DNA of 64,000 bases from assembly GCF_964204645.1 (NCBI RefSeq), contig NC_134033.1:10734655-10798654 (forward strand), in the 5' to 3' direction. The position numbers and the translations under genes were made by a program. The stretch is from Tubulanus polymorphus. Taxonomy: Eukaryota > Animalia > Nemertea. Below the pieces are notes generated by a model. That model was not told the DNA's origin and did no database searches. It saw nothing but the letters and a program-made list of their open reading frames with translations. Below are positions 1 through 13,545 of the stretch, in pieces (the first letter of the stretch is position 1; every line of letters begins with the position of its first letter).

Positions 1-216
1 TATATATGGGTCGGCTGTGGCTGCGACAGGGAGGGGCGACCGGGCCGGTTGTATCCGATCAGGAATATATTTTTCATACGCGCGAGATGAACGACGAGTT
101 TATAATAAGCTCTCTCGATTTTTCGACGACTCTAAAAATTCGAATTCATTTATTCGCCATGAATCAAAATCAAGAGTACTACGTGATTACGAATAAGAAA
201 AGCAAAAGCAGAAAGG

Positions 217-355
<139 letters not shown>

Positions 356-944
356 TAATTATATTTTTACGTGGTATTTATTTACAAGTCTATGATCTAA
401 AAACTTTGCGATCTTTAAGAAAATCGGTTCGTTAGAATTGATAAAGGCCAAATGCGAAGTGTCTAGGTTTTAGATTTACGACGTTATGTAATTCTTAGGT
501 CATCTCCGAGTTTACGGTATCCAAGAAAATGAGTTTCATTGGGTTACAGTTGATTGAGATCAAAATCTGAAATGAATCTGAAATACACTTGCACATGATG
601 ATGAGTGCTAAAAGTACTGTATTATAGTACTATAGGGGTTTATACAGTACGCACTACAGATCTACCACGCAGCTGTTGGCTGTATACACCAGACCACATC
701 GCATCTCAACCCCTGAACTACAAATATTAACATCTGCATCATAAAACATTCTACTATCAGGTCGTAACATCTAATAAACGGATAGAACAGATTCTTCCGC
801 GCCGATGATGATATTTTTAATCCGTCAATAATTTGTTTGTAATTGATTTAGAGCACTGCAGCGATAGTTTTGAGTTGATTGATGTTATCAATTTCAAGTA
901 ACAGGGGGTTTGAGCAGTTTTAATTATCAGGTTAATCGATCCGT

Positions 945-1200
945 TTCAATTGACCTGTTTCAATCTGTTTGGTAGGACCTGTGTCAGTTGACCTGTTTGA
1001 AATGACCTGTTTCAATTCAACTGTTTGAAATAACCTGTTTCAATTGACCTGTTTGATAGGACCTATTTGGTTGACCTGTTTGAGTTGACCTATTCGAGTT
1101 GACCTGATTGAGCTGACTTGATTTGACCTATTCGAGTTGACCTGTTTGAGCTGACCTGTTTCAGTTGACCCTTTTTGAGTTGACCTGTCCGAGCTGATCT
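945..1200. repeat. Degenerate ~15-bp tandem repeat (ttgacctgtttgag)
   Basis: Repeated gacctgttt core. Confidence 0.85.
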
Positions 1201-1202
1201 CA

Positions 1203-1438
1203 TTTTAACTCTCCGTCTGAGTTAACTGTAACTCACGACTGTGCAACTGGATCTTGAGTTCATGGTTAACTCTCAACTCACAACTATGCAACTGGATGTT
1301 GAGTTCACGGTTAACTCTAAACTCACAACTGTGGAAATCGACCCTGGATCCAGAGTTCACAGTTAACTCTCAACTCACAACTGTGCAACTGGATCCTCAG
1401 TTAACAGTTAACACTTAACTCAAAACTGCAACTGGATT
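1203..1438. repeat. ~42-bp tandem array derived from the right end of MITE family A
   Basis: Unit ttaactctcaactcacaactgtgcaactggatcctgagttcacgg matches the right end of the elements at 28895 and 59045. Confidence 0.85.
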
Positions 1439-1739
1439 GAGAAGCTGTGTTATTTACGGGTCGAATGAGTGCGTTCCACTTTAGTGCGATATTTTCAATC
1501 GACGAAATTTAGCAAGGATTGATTTATTTCAGGACGTCGTTTTCTGTGTTGAATATTAATGATTTTTTTGTGAAAACGAATCATCCTTAACAGCGGTTTA
1601 TCCGAACCTGTTTTCAGCCGTTGATAAAAGCGAAAACAAATATTTTGATTTGTTGAAGAAATACGCGCGTTTTTTTGTCAAAATATGCCGTCAGTAGTTT
1701 TAAATGTCAAAGTTTGCTTCGCGAATAATATGAATTCAT

Positions 1740-2190
1740 ACCAATTATAAGGGATGGGTTTTTACCCTACAGGGACTATAGTATTTAAGTTCATCGTTTT
1801 ATTTCTTGATTTTGTCTGAACCAAATATAGAGATGGGTTTTATACCTTTTTAGGGGATTTTACCAATTGTAGGGAAGGGTTTTGTACCTTTTTAAAGGGA
1901 TTTTAAACCAAATTATGGGGAAGGGTTTTATACCTTGTTGTTAGGGATTATAAACCAATTATAGGGAAGGGTTTTATACCTTTTTAGGAATTTAGGGAAG
2001 GGTTTTATACGGATTTTAAACCAATTATAGGGAAGGGTTTTATGCGTTTTTTAGGGATTTTAAACCAATTATAGGGAAGGGCTTTATACCTTTTTTTAGT
2101 TATTTAAACCAATTATAGGGAAGGGTTTTATCCCTTGTTTTTAGGCATTTTAAACCAATCATAGGGAATGGTGTATACCTTTCATAGGGA
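1740..2190. repeat. ~42-bp minisatellite (ttttaaaccaattatagggaagggttttatacc...)
   Basis: About 10 degenerate copies. Confidence 0.9.
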
Positions 2191-2214
2191 GGCGTTTTAA
2201 ATAACAAAATTCTT

Positions 2215-2247
2215 GTAGAACCATGGACTAAGAGTCCATGGTAGAAC
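2215..2247. mobile_element. DNA-transposon footprint: 19-bp palindrome with 7-bp TSD
   Basis: GTAGAAC-CATGGACT AAG AGTCCATG-GTAGAAC. Confidence 0.65.
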
Positions 2248-2589
2248 ATAGAAAATTCTTCATATTTTCAAATGATTCGAAACCAAGCAGATGGATGCAT
2301 GTAACTGCAGGTCAGCCAAACTGCCAGCCACCCAGTCAGGCTCTTATACTGAATGGAGTCTAGGGTTTTATAGATTTTCTCATCTATAAAAAGATGATGT
2401 TTCTATATTTATATTTGACTGAAATGTCGGCGCAAACGATTTTCGTGTTTATTTCTGGAACTCGTGAAAAAACTAACATCAAAACATCAATTTATCGATG
2501 TCATAATTTTCCTTTAAGCGCCTTATTATTTTGCTCTGATGCAAGCAGATATCTGTCATAAGAAAGGCCTGAACTATAAGTTCTGTCGT

Positions 2590-3230
2590 AAATCTAACAA
2601 CTTGAGACCAGTCTAAGCTTATTTTAGTTCTATAACCAATCTAACAAATTGAATACCAGTCTAAGCTCATTTTGGTTCTATAACCAATCTAACAAATTGG
2701 AGACCAGTCTAAGCTCATTTTGGTTCTATAACCAATCTAACATATTGAAGACCAGTCTAAGCTCATTTCGGTTCTATAACCAATCTAACAAATTTAAGAC
2801 CAGTCTAAGCTCATTTTGGTTCTATAACCAATCTAACATATTGAAGACCAGTCTAAGCTCATTTCGGTTCTATAACCAATCTAACAAATTTAAGACCAGT
2901 CTAAGCTCATTTTGGTTCTATAACCAATCTAACAAATTTAAGACCAGTCTAAGCTCATTTTGGTTCTATAACCAATCTAACAAATTTAAGACCAGTCTAA
3001 GCTCATTTTGGTTCTATAGCCAGTCATCTAACAACTTAAAACCAGTCTAAGCTCGTTTGGTTCAATAACCAATCTTACAAATTGAACACCAGTCTTAGCA
3101 CATTTTGATTCTATAGCTAGTCATCTAACATCTTAAAACCAGTCTAAGCTCGTTTGGTTCTATAACCAATCTGACAACTTAAGACCAGTCCGAGCTTATT
3201 TTGGTTTGAGTCGATCTAACCCGGTCTTAC
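2590..3230 (+). repeat. 45-bp minisatellite (agaccagtctaagctcattttggttctataaccaatctaacaaa), family B unit
   Basis: About 14 copies. Explains ORF 2649..3050. Confidence 0.95.
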
Positions 3231-3611
3231 TTATATTTAACACCACAACTGCGCATTACGAACTGAAAACCTTGCGCGGTTAGATTGTGCGATCAAAAGC
3301 TGAAAGTAGAATTGATAATTTCTGCCACTGGCTCGACTCCGGATTGAGCGTTACTGTGTGTGTACGTGTGTGTAATGTGACTGTATAATTAATCATTTGA
3401 AGATAAATGTAGATGCACATGTTATACTGCATTGTAACTCCATAATACCCCCTCGCAGCATTGTGACCTTACACCGAGATCAACTTGTAGTTATTGTATT
3501 CAATCGTCAATCGGGGAACAGTTGCGCGTTGACATTTCTTAGATTTAATATCGGTCGTCAATAGAGTTAACTCGGAAATTAAGCTTAAATTTTCTGTAAT
3601 TTTTGCGGAGG

Positions 3612-4195
3612 AAAAAGCCTTGATACTTCAGCAGCCACGACGTCAAACATTCAACAATAAATGCAGCCCTCTGAGAATCAGTCGCTCCTAATAAAAAGTA
3701 AAAAATATCAGCTGCCCCTACCGGAAATTGGAGATTACACGAAAATTGAGTTTAATTTTTTTTGGTGGGATCGAAAGCCTTGCTACTTCAGCGGCCATGA
3801 TGTCATACACTTAACAACGAATGCGGCCCTCTGAGAATCAGCTGCCCCTTATTAAGAATAAGAAATTAGCAGCTGCCCCTATACTGGAATATTGGAGATT
3901 ACAGGATAATTGAGCTTGCTTTTTATTGGGGGGGGGGGATCGAAAGCCTTGCTACTTCAACAGCCACAATGTCATACACTTAACAATAAAATGCAGCCCT
4001 CTGAGAATCAGCCGCTCCTAATGAAAAGTAAAAAATATCAGCTGCCCCTACCGGAAATTGGAGATTACAGGAAAATTGAGTTTAATTTTTTTTTGGGGGG
4101 GGGGATCGAAAGCCTTGCTACTTCAACAGCCACAATGTTATACACTTAACAATAAATGCAGCCCTCTGAGAATCAATGACCCCTAATAAAAAATA
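3612..4195. repeat. ~150-165-bp tandem duplication, about 4 copies (gaaagccttgctacttcagcagccac...)
   Basis: Repeated gcagccctctgagaatcag and ttggagattac blocks. Confidence 0.9.
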
Positions 4196-4619
4196 TTTAA
4201 GACCTTTATCAGGTATGTAGTATCAAAACTGACTGAGCTAGGGCACCCGGTATGCTCTCAAGTCACGTTGAAATAGACATATAGTAATATAGTTGTGTGA
4301 TCGGCAGAATTTACAGAAATTTTTGTTCGAATTAATCTACGACGTCGGTCGCCTTTTAGAAACTTGAATCTCGATCGTGAAAAATCTCGCTGCAAATCCC
4401 GGCTTTGATAAATCCTCGGCAGAATTCTCGCGATGTTTAGTTTTTCGGAGCCGGATTAATTCTTTACGCGACTACGGCGCCGAGGCGTAACGAGGATTAG
4501 AACGTGTATAGTCGTGTTCGACTCCTCGCGAGGCTCAAACGCTCGAGTAAATTTACTGCGTTTAATTACGGTGTCGAGTTTGTGCGGGATGAATTTAATT
4601 CCGGTATAAAAGTAAAAAG

Positions 4620-4820
4620 TTGTTTCTGCTACCGCTGGTGCTGGTGCTGTTGCTGTTGCTGGTACTGTTACTGCTGTTGGCATTGGTACTGCTGGTGGTA
4701 GTGCTGCTGCTACTGATACTGATGCTGGCGCTGGCGCTGCTGGTGCTGCTGCTGCTGCTGCTGCTGGTGCTGGCGCTGCTTCTGCTGGTGCTGCTGCTAC
4801 TGCTGCTGGTGTTGCTGGTG
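4620..4820. repeat. (CTG/GTG)n trinucleotide low-complexity tract
   Basis: Direct inspection. Produces poly-L/poly-S pseudo-ORFs. Confidence 0.9.
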
Positions 4821-5429
4821 ATAAATGCAGTTGAAATTGAACTCATAAAGTTTCATTACGCGTTGAGAATAGATTTCTATAAATCATCGTGTGATTCTGT
4901 CTTTATCTGTGCATCAGTCACCAGCTACAGCGGGAGACAGAGAGAGAGAGAGGAGTGCGTAAATAGACTACTGAGAAGAGAGTAAGAGAGAGGAGAGGGA
5001 GAGATGAGAGACAGGTAAAGGAGGAAAAGTGATTGAAATGGAGCAAGGAGCTTGGAAAAATTGTTTCTCGGAAAAAAGTTTAAAATTTGAATTATTTTCA
5101 TTTCATTGAATGAGTTTTTAGTCAAACGAGTCGAAGAAGTCGGTATCATCATCATCATCGTCACTTTTCTCGTCGTCTCTGTCATCCTTCTCGCTCTAGT
5201 ATCAGTGACGGTGTTTGTAAATAGCGTTAATTCGTAGTCGTTGAGAGTATATCTCTCTCGCGTCGGGAGAGCGGGAGCAGGAGCAGGAGGAGGAGGACGG
5301 CCAGGAAATGACGGGTGTTAAAGTAGCACTGATTCAGATCCAGTTTCCATAGCGACTGAATGCTGAAGATTCGGCGCGTTGACACTTTTCGTTCTCCAGT
5401 CCGGATGCGTCGGTGGGGGGAACTGATCC

Positions 5430-5765
5430 GCCCTCTCCCCATCTCTCATCCTCCCCCTCATTCTCCTCTCCGTCTCACCCTCCCCTCTCCCTATCTCCCC
5501 TTATTCCCTCTCAGTCTCACCCTCTCCTCCCTACCTCTCTCACCCTCTCTCCCTCCTCACCTTCTCTCCACCTCTCTCATTTCCCCTCTTTCCCTATCTC
5601 CCTCACCCTCTACTTCTTTCACCCTCTCTACCTCTTCTAGCCTCTCTATCTCTCTCACCCTATCTCTACCTCTTTCATCCTCACTCTTTCCTCTCTTCTC
5701 TCACCCTCTCTCCCTCCCTCTCACCCTCTCTCTACCTCTCCCATTTTCCCTCTCTCCCTCACCCT
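5430..5765. repeat. Polypyrimidine (CT-rich) tract
   Basis: Direct inspection. Confidence 0.9.
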
Positions 5766-7253
5766 TCGTAAGAATTTCCCCACCTCAGTGTTTAATGGTA
5801 CCTCAGAGGTGCTTCAAGCACTTGACTTTTTTCAGTGTTTCTGATAAGACCTTCGAGTCAGTTATTCGTTCAACTGCTTAAAGATGATGTTTGTAATGTT
5901 TGAGCCCCTTACTCCTTCCTATCCCCCGACCCCCTCTGATCTATAAAAGAACAGCAGGGGCCTACCCCTAACCCCCTCTGATCTATAAGATAGTGTACCT
6001 CGGTAGTGTCTCTCTCTCCTCTCTCCTGTACTCATTATTCTATAAGGATGAGTTGTCAGTCTCTGTATTTATTCTAGGTAAATGTTTGCTCTCTGTATTT
6101 GTCTGATTATAGCTTCCGCTCATTTATTCAGCCCTCACTATCCAGGGCTGCAAGAAGGCTTGTGTTACATTTTAATGAATTCTGAGCATGGGGGTCTGTA
6201 TGGCTTGCTGGTTGGAGTGGGGTCTGTATAGCCTGCTAGTTGGAGTGAGGTCTGCTGGTTGGAGCAGGGTCTGTAGAAGGGTTTCGGATGGTCCTATGTG
6301 TTATAGAAGTGATGTATTTGAGTAAAAGGGTTAGATACTGAGTATAATACAGTGCATTCAGTCATTCAGTCAGTAATAAAACGCCCCCTGACTCGAACAC
6401 ATTCCATTCTGTGAGCTGATCTCATCAGTATTAGACTGAACAGTTTTATCTCATACACAACACACACACACACATGTGTTAATCCCTTCACTGAAGGAAA
6501 GAGAAGAGAGAGAGGAAGAGGGAGGGAGAGGGAGGAAGCTGTGAGCAGTATTTAACACCGTGATGCTGGATAAAGAGCGTTCTATAAGCCACAATCTCTT
6601 CACTGTGTTATGTTATGTAGATGAAGCTAGAAACTTCTGCAAAAAATGTTTTGGTTGCGATGTAGAAAGAGAGAGAGAGAGGGATTTATGTGAAGGGAAG
6701 ATGCAACCTCCCCCTGCATCTTCCCTGTCCTCTCAATCTCCCTCCCTGTCCGTCCCCTTGCCTCCCCCTTCCTGCCTCTCTCCCTCTCTCTCGCTCCCCT
6801 CTCCCTACCTCGCTCCCCCTCTCTCTCCTTCCCTCCCTCCCTGGTCCCGCTCACCTCTCCAGGTCATCTCATTTCAATCTAGTTAGTAATGTAACAGTTT
6901 CACCCCGGAGCTAGTCGCGAGTGAACCTGGTACTCCAATCTATCCGAGCGACGTTCCGGCTAAATATCTATCCGACACGCGGAATAATCGATAAAATCAA
7001 TAATCAATCAAATGATGTCTTGATCGTAGCATTTCGGTTTAATGCGACGTGGGAATTTGATTCTCATTTCACGAGGATTGATGAAGACACTCGCTGGCTG
7101 GCTGCAGGCCGCCGGTTATACGCATATCCACGGCAATCTCACTCCAAACCGCCATCATTGTTGTCACGACGAACTTTTTTTCATTTCGAAGAATTCAAAT
7201 GTAAAACTTCAATATGAAGATACCGGTTTAAATGTATAATAATTATGTATATA

Positions 7254-7465
7254 GAGAGGGAGGGAGAGGGAGAGGGAGAGGGAGAGGGAGAGGGAGAGGG
7301 AGAGGGAGAGGGAGAGGGAGAGGGAGAGGGAGAGGGAGAGGGAGAGGGAGAGGGAGAGGGAGAGGGAGAGGGAGAGGGAGAGGGAGAGGGAGAGGGAGAG
7401 GGAGAGGGAGAGGGAGAGGGAGAGGGAGAGGGAGAGGGAGAGGGAGAGGGAGAGGGAGAGGGAGA
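7254..7465. repeat. Near-perfect (GGGAGA)n hexamer, about 35 copies
   Basis: Direct inspection. Confidence 0.97.
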
Positions 7466-7789
7466 CCCCTCTTCTAGAGTAATTCCAGTATGAGTTTCGT
7501 ATCTCTGCAGATTGACATTGATATCGCACTGACAATAAACTTATACTATTCCCTGTAGGTTATGTGGCAGGGTTTAATTATTTTAATCCGAATATTTCAA
7601 CTATAATTTTGAAGAGTTTTGTCATTAATTTGCCTGATGCAGGGTTATGTACCCGGTACGCTGGAATCCGTTGTTTGTGTATCATGCGGTTTGTATGCGT
7701 GACAGGTGTAAGTGGGTTAATTGTATCAATATTATTATTTAATTATAACTAAAAATGTGTCATCTGTTATTGACTGAGAACTCGCAGAA

Positions 7790-8180
7790 TTTGATATGGA
7801 TATCTCGTATCAATTGATATTGAGATCGCATATAGTTTGATATGGAGATCGCATATAGTTTGATATTGAGCTATCATATAGTTTGAAGTTGAGATCTCAG
7901 ATTGATATTGAGATGTAGTATAGTTTGATATTGGGATCTCGTATAGTTTGATATTGGGATCGCTTATAGTTTGATACTGAGATCTCATAAAGTTTGATAC
8001 TGAGATTGCATATAGTTTGATACTCAGATCTCATATATAGTTTGATACTGCGATCACAGTTTTTAGATACTCAGATCTCATACTATACTGTTTGATACTG
8101 AGATCTCGGATAGTTTTTGATACTCAGATCTGTGATAGTTATTGATACTGAAGTCTCAGATAGTTTTTCATACTAAGATG
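7790..8180. repeat. ~23-bp minisatellite (gagatctcatatagtttgatact)
   Basis: Multiple degenerate copies. Confidence 0.9.
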
Positions 8181-9096
8181 TAGTTGGAGAACTGTGATGT
8201 ATTCGTGGCGAAGTCTTATAAATGTAGATTGGCACCTCGGGAATTCAATGATTGCTATCAGACAATCACTGATTCTAACTCTGCTAATAACACCACTGCC
8301 TCCACTACTACTGCAGCTGCTGCTGCTGCTGTTTCTACAATTCATATTTCATATTCTGTCAAGTTCTCGGTATTTTATGTTCAGTTGCTGTATGTATAGA
8401 AACAGGTTCAATTGAAAGGAAATACCTTAGAAATACTGTCCGTATTTGCTGACCCCTACCCCTCAAGGCACTCACTGATTCACACAGCCCTGTATGTAAT
8501 CGTAATATGCAGCGTATTCGTTACTATTTTGCGCCTTAAATAAATGTTGAGAATGCGGTTTGAATGAGCATTGAATCATTGTAAAAATGTGCATACAATA
8601 ACAGATTAAATCTTAATATAAAGCGGAGAAATGGGTGAGGGAGGGGAGGGAAAGTGAGAGGGGGAGAGGAATAGAGATGAGAGGGCCATTTATATCATTA
8701 GAAACTACAGAATCTCGAATAGAGATGGCGATATTTCAGTAATCTTATTCAATATCTCAAATAGAGACAATGATATCTCATTCAATATCTCTAATTCAAA
8801 CTTTGCAATAATCGATTTTTGTTCTATTCCGATAAAAACCCCGGATTAAGTCCGATGAATTTATTACTGTTTCCATTAAGTTCGACTCGAATAACATTCG
8901 TCGATAAACTCTATAAGAAAAAAAATGATTCCAGTCGATAATCCTACAGAATCAATAGCTTGTACTGATCAAAGGATGAATTCTAAATATAGCTGCAAAG
9001 CAGCGATATAGGGTTTTCCGGATAGCTGCACTCTTTGCCTTCGCACGAAAAGAAATTATGCATTATTTGTTTATAATGATAACGATATTAATGATA

Positions 9097-9131
<35 letters not shown>

Positions 9132-9797
9132 CATTATTGCTGGAAAGCGCTTTACATGATAACATTTCGAAGCAAAACTATTTCCTGTATTGTAACTGCT
9201 TTAGATCGGTTTTGGAATTTAAGACCACTCTTTGACGGTTGAACTGAGTGTTGATATGGTCGTTGCAGCTATGGCAATTAACGATACGCTCGCAATCGAC
9301 CGACGCCATTTGACAGGTGATAATCACGATAAACGACGTGAATAATGACAGGATAATCCAGGAGTAACACGACGACACGTCGTCGCCGTACTTCTAAACA
9401 GCTAATCCCGGAATAAATGGTTCACCGGTCAGTTGGTCAGTATAGAAAGAGGAGCGTTTGCGGATAGAAAGTGCCGTAGGTGCGTCGGAGGACGGGAGAG
9501 ACGGTGTTTCTACGGTAGCTGCAGGGTTTCCAATCTCTCAATCTTCCTCACAGATATTCCATCCTGTTATTACGTTAATTCCTGTCAGCAGTGACGACGG
9601 AGACGATGCATATTGCTGTTGCTGCTGCTGCTGTTGCTGTCTTTATACCCAATTACAGAAAGTTTATGTCATTCTCAAAGTTGAAGACGTACAGCGAGTC
9701 CCTCGGGGGCAGATGCAGTAAGTGTGGGGGAGACGAAGTGGTTGGGCTTCCATGTAAATTCAGCACACTCCAAACTTGCCGGGAGATAGATAGAGAT

Positions 9798-9801
<4 letters not shown>

Positions 9802-9873
<72 letters not shown>
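9802..9873. repeat. (TA)n microsatellite
   Basis: Direct inspection. Confidence 0.97.
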
Positions 9874-9877
<4 letters not shown>

Positions 9878-9939
9878 CACAACGTGGACATAGTGTTTCA
9901 TCAATGGTTAGCCGGGAGATGGCTGCTTCATATGTTGGA

Positions 9940-10280
9940 AGGGCCTCTCAGTCAGTCTCACAGCAGCTGGGCAGTTGAGCGTTTCATCTTGAGCCAGTCC
10001 CACAGTGGCTTGGCAATCGGGCCTCTCATATTGGCCAGTCCCATAGCAGCTGGGCAATTGAGCCTATCATCTTGGGGAGGGCCATCTCCAAGGGCCTAGG
10101 CAATTGGGTCTCATCTCAGCCAGTCCAACAGCAGCTGCGCAATCGGGCCTCTCATCTTGGCCAGGCCCATAGTAGCTGGGCAAATGAGCCTTTCATCTTG
10201 GGCATTCTCCTAGTGACTCCGCAAATGGGTCACATCTCAGCCATTCCCACAGCGGCTGGGTAATCGGGCCTCTCATCTCG
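9940..10280. repeat. ~41-bp minisatellite (gggcctctcatcttggccagtcccatagcagctgggcaat)
   Basis: About 8 degenerate copies. Confidence 0.85.
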
Positions 10281-10469
10281 CAGGGGTCTCCCGACCTCTC
10301 TTCTATGCTCAGTTCTCTCCGTGACTGTTTGAAAAATGTGTTATTTGTTCCGTAAATTAGAGACAATAAAATGCGGCACTTTAAACAGTAATAGTGAATA
10401 ATGTTTCAGAGAATGAATAGTTAATGAGGTAATTTTACACTGGTTTCTGATTGCGTCTGATCTCTTGAC

Positions 10470-10642
10470 TCGTCCCGCGGGGAAGTGATCGCATTAAATA
10501 TTGCGCAATCTTCGCCGATCCCCGAAGGGGTGATCGCAATCTTCGCTGCCATCCTCTGAGGAGTGATCATGATCTCCACGGGTCCTCGGAGGAGTAATCT
10601 GCAATCTTCGCAGATCCTCAGAGGAGTGATCTGCAATCTTCA
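10470..10642. repeat. ~30-bp degenerate tandem repeat (gaggagtgatcgcaatcttc)
   Basis: About 5 copies. Confidence 0.75.
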
Positions 10643-10699
10643 GTGAACGTTTAGAAAAACGGGAATATCAGTTTTCAGTAAACATGTTGATATGTATTT

Positions 10700-11300
10700 G
10701 ACATACAGTGATACAGGAATATAGTGATACACCAGGATACAGGGATACTAGGATATTGAGATACCATGATATACTGGGATACCAGTATACAGAGAGCTAT
10801 GTTACAGGGATATTAGGATACAGGGATTCCAGTTTACAGTGATGCAGTAATACAGTGATAGGGACATTAGGATACCGGGCTAAAACAGGGATATTGGGAT
10901 ACAGTAATACAGGGATACCAGGATACAAAGGAATACAGGGCTACTGGGATATTAGGATACAGTGATACAGAGATACCAGGATATAGGGATATTGTGATAC
11001 AGGGATACCAGGATGTAGGGATATAAAACCCAGGGATACCAGGATACAAAGGAATACAGGATACAGGGATATTGTGATACAGAGATACAGGGATACCAGG
11101 ATATAGGGATATAAGGAGACAGTGATACAGGGATACTATGATAAAGTCATACATTGATACAGTGATACAACCAGACAGGGATACAGCAATACACCAGGAT
11201 ACAGGGATACCCGGATAAGGGATACAAAAGAATATAGGGTTACAGTGATACCAGGATACTGGGATACAGCGATAAAGGTCTGGGATACAGTGATACAGTG
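10700..11300. repeat. 8-9-bp degenerate satellite (cagggatac / cagtgatac)
   Basis: Direct inspection. Confidence 0.9.
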
Positions 11301-12579
11301 CAGGCGTGAATGAACACAAACTGATTTAGGACCGGAGATGAATTGGTCTCAATAGTGAATGGAGTAGAATTGATACTCCATCGCCTCTCGATACGAGAAC
11401 TGAGGCTACTCACTGTCTGAAGCTAAAGATACGTGTGATTTACACGATATTGAGTAAATATATCGCTGTCATGTTGCTACTAATAAAATGTGCGTCTACT
11501 GTGACGTAGTTGCCTGCTGGCCATTTTGAATATCTGTTTCTGCCGTGTCACCTGGGTCCATACTGTATCTACCTCCGCTAATATGGCTGCCTGATAGCCA
11601 TTTTGGATTTTCTTCTAGAAATATCTACTATGCATTGGAACTAGAGTCAGTTCATCTATACGGCAGCCATTTTGAAAGTTTTGAAATTTTCTCCGTTCGC
11701 GCAGTAGTTTCGTATTCGCTGCATAGATATTGTATTGTTAGTTATGGCTGCCTGGTAGCCATTTTGAATACCAGCGTTCTCGGCTTACAGTTGGTATATT
11801 CTTTAAACAGTGTACATTGTTTATTTGATGTTATATAAATCAGACAGCTGCATTTTTCACATTCACTTATAGCCCGACTATTACTGCTACATCTTCACCT
11901 TTGATGCCGTATCTGCGAATACAATTGCACTTTTATCGTATCGTGTTGTATCATATTTTGGTCTTACTATTTACGCTTCAATATATAGATGATAATGACG
12001 ATATAATAATAACAATGACAATGATGATTATGATTTATGGTATAGTTTTGTTTTCATCTCATGTCATACAAGATAAGTAGTCGAAAGGCACTTTTGAGCG
12101 CAAACCTTTCACTTAGTAGCCACTTGAGAACAATAAGCAATTAAACGATATCGACTACTTTTCCCGCAGTGTACATTTTAAAACAGTCACTCCGAAATAG
12201 TCTACCTTTCAATTCGGAACGTTTTCGTAGTGGCGTAGTTTGACATTATACTATTCACTGAGTTGATACGTAAATAAGTCTCCCCTCATTCCCCTATACT
12301 CCCCTCCATCCCTACCCTCGCCTCCACCTGCTCCCTTCATTCCTCTCCTGCCCGGGAATCCTGACCTCGGCTGTAGAACTAGAGCTTTATTGTAACATGC
12401 GTATCAGTCGTCGATGGTTGTCGTTATTAACTGATTTTGTGAAACGGGGTTCGTTGATATTGATGACAGTAATCAGTGATAATTGACCCATGATCAGTCG
12501 TGGTCACTATCAATCAATACCAGTTAACTGACCACTTTACTATTGATTACTATCGTGTACTGCCGTATTGTGGCACATC

Positions 12580-13545
12580 TTAAATGCTCATCTCCACTCT
12601 CCTCTATCCCTTCTCTTTCCCTTCCCTTTCTTCTCCCTTCTCCTCCCTTTTCTTTCCTCTCTTCTCCATACCTCCCCTCCTCTCCATTCCTCTATCTTAC
12701 TCTTTTCACTCCCTTCTCTCCCCTCTCCCTCCTCTTCCCTCTCCACTCCCCTTTTCCTTCCCCATTTTTTCTCCCTCTCACTCTCCTCTCACTCATCTCG
12801 CTCTCTCTCTGCTAAATGCTCATCTCTCCCTTCTCTTTCCCTTCCTCCCTTTTCATCACCCCTCGCTTCTTTCCCCCTCTCCGCCATCCTTTCCCTCTCC
12901 CTTTTTCCTCCTCTCCCTTCTCCCATTCTGCTCTCTATTTCCCCCTCCTTTTGTCTCTACGCTCTCTCTCTCTTTTGTTTCTACATTCTCTCTCTCTTTT
13001 GTTTCTACGCTCTCTCTCTTTTGTCTCTACGCTCTCTCTCCCTTTTGTTTCTACGCTCTCTCTCTCTTTTGTCTCTACGCTCTCTCTCCCCTTTGTTTCT
13101 AAGCTCTCTCTCCCCTTTGTTTCTAAGCTCTCTCTCTCTTGTTTCTACGCTCTCTCTCTTTTGTTTCTACGCTCTCTCTCTCTTTTGTCTCTACGCTCTC
13201 CCTTTTGTCTCTACGCTCTCTCTCTTTTGTTTCTACGTTCTCTCTCTTTTGTCTCTACGCTCTCTCTCCCCTTTGTTTCTAAGCTCTCTCTCCCCTTTGT
13301 TTCTAAGCTCTCTCTCTCTTGTTTCTACGCTCTCTCTCTTTTGTTTCTACGCTCTCTCTCTCTTTTGTCTCTACGCTCTCCCTTTTGTCTCTACGCTCTC
13401 TCTCTTTTGTTTCTACGTTCTCTCTCTTTTGTCTCTACGCTCTCTCTCTTTTGTCTCTACGCTCTCTCTCTTTTGTTTCTACGTTCTCTCTCTTTTGTCT
13501 CTACGCTCTCTCTCCCTTTTGTTTCTATGCTCACCCTCCCTTTCT
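12580..13545. repeat. CT-rich tract followed by ~23-bp minisatellite (ttttgtttctacgctctctctc)
   Basis: Direct inspection. Source of the ORFs at 12543-13655. Confidence 0.93.

Noticed and set aside
2649-3050. 133-aa ORF with 15-aa periodicity
   Set aside because: Translation of the 45-bp MITE-derived satellite, which also occurs inverted and inside TIR elements.
4456-4985. Poly-Leu 'signal peptide/transmembrane' and poly-Ser ORFs
   Set aside because: CTG-rich trinucleotide tract with no splice or homology support. Same for 19790-20525.
6621-6653. Possible 33-nt phase-0 microexon (MKLETSAKNVL) after ttatgtag
   Set aside because: Weak donor (gttgcg) and no resemblance to the expected UNC80 N-terminal sequence.
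7232-7493. RG/EG/SL dipeptide ORFs
   Set aside because: Pure hexamer microsatellite.
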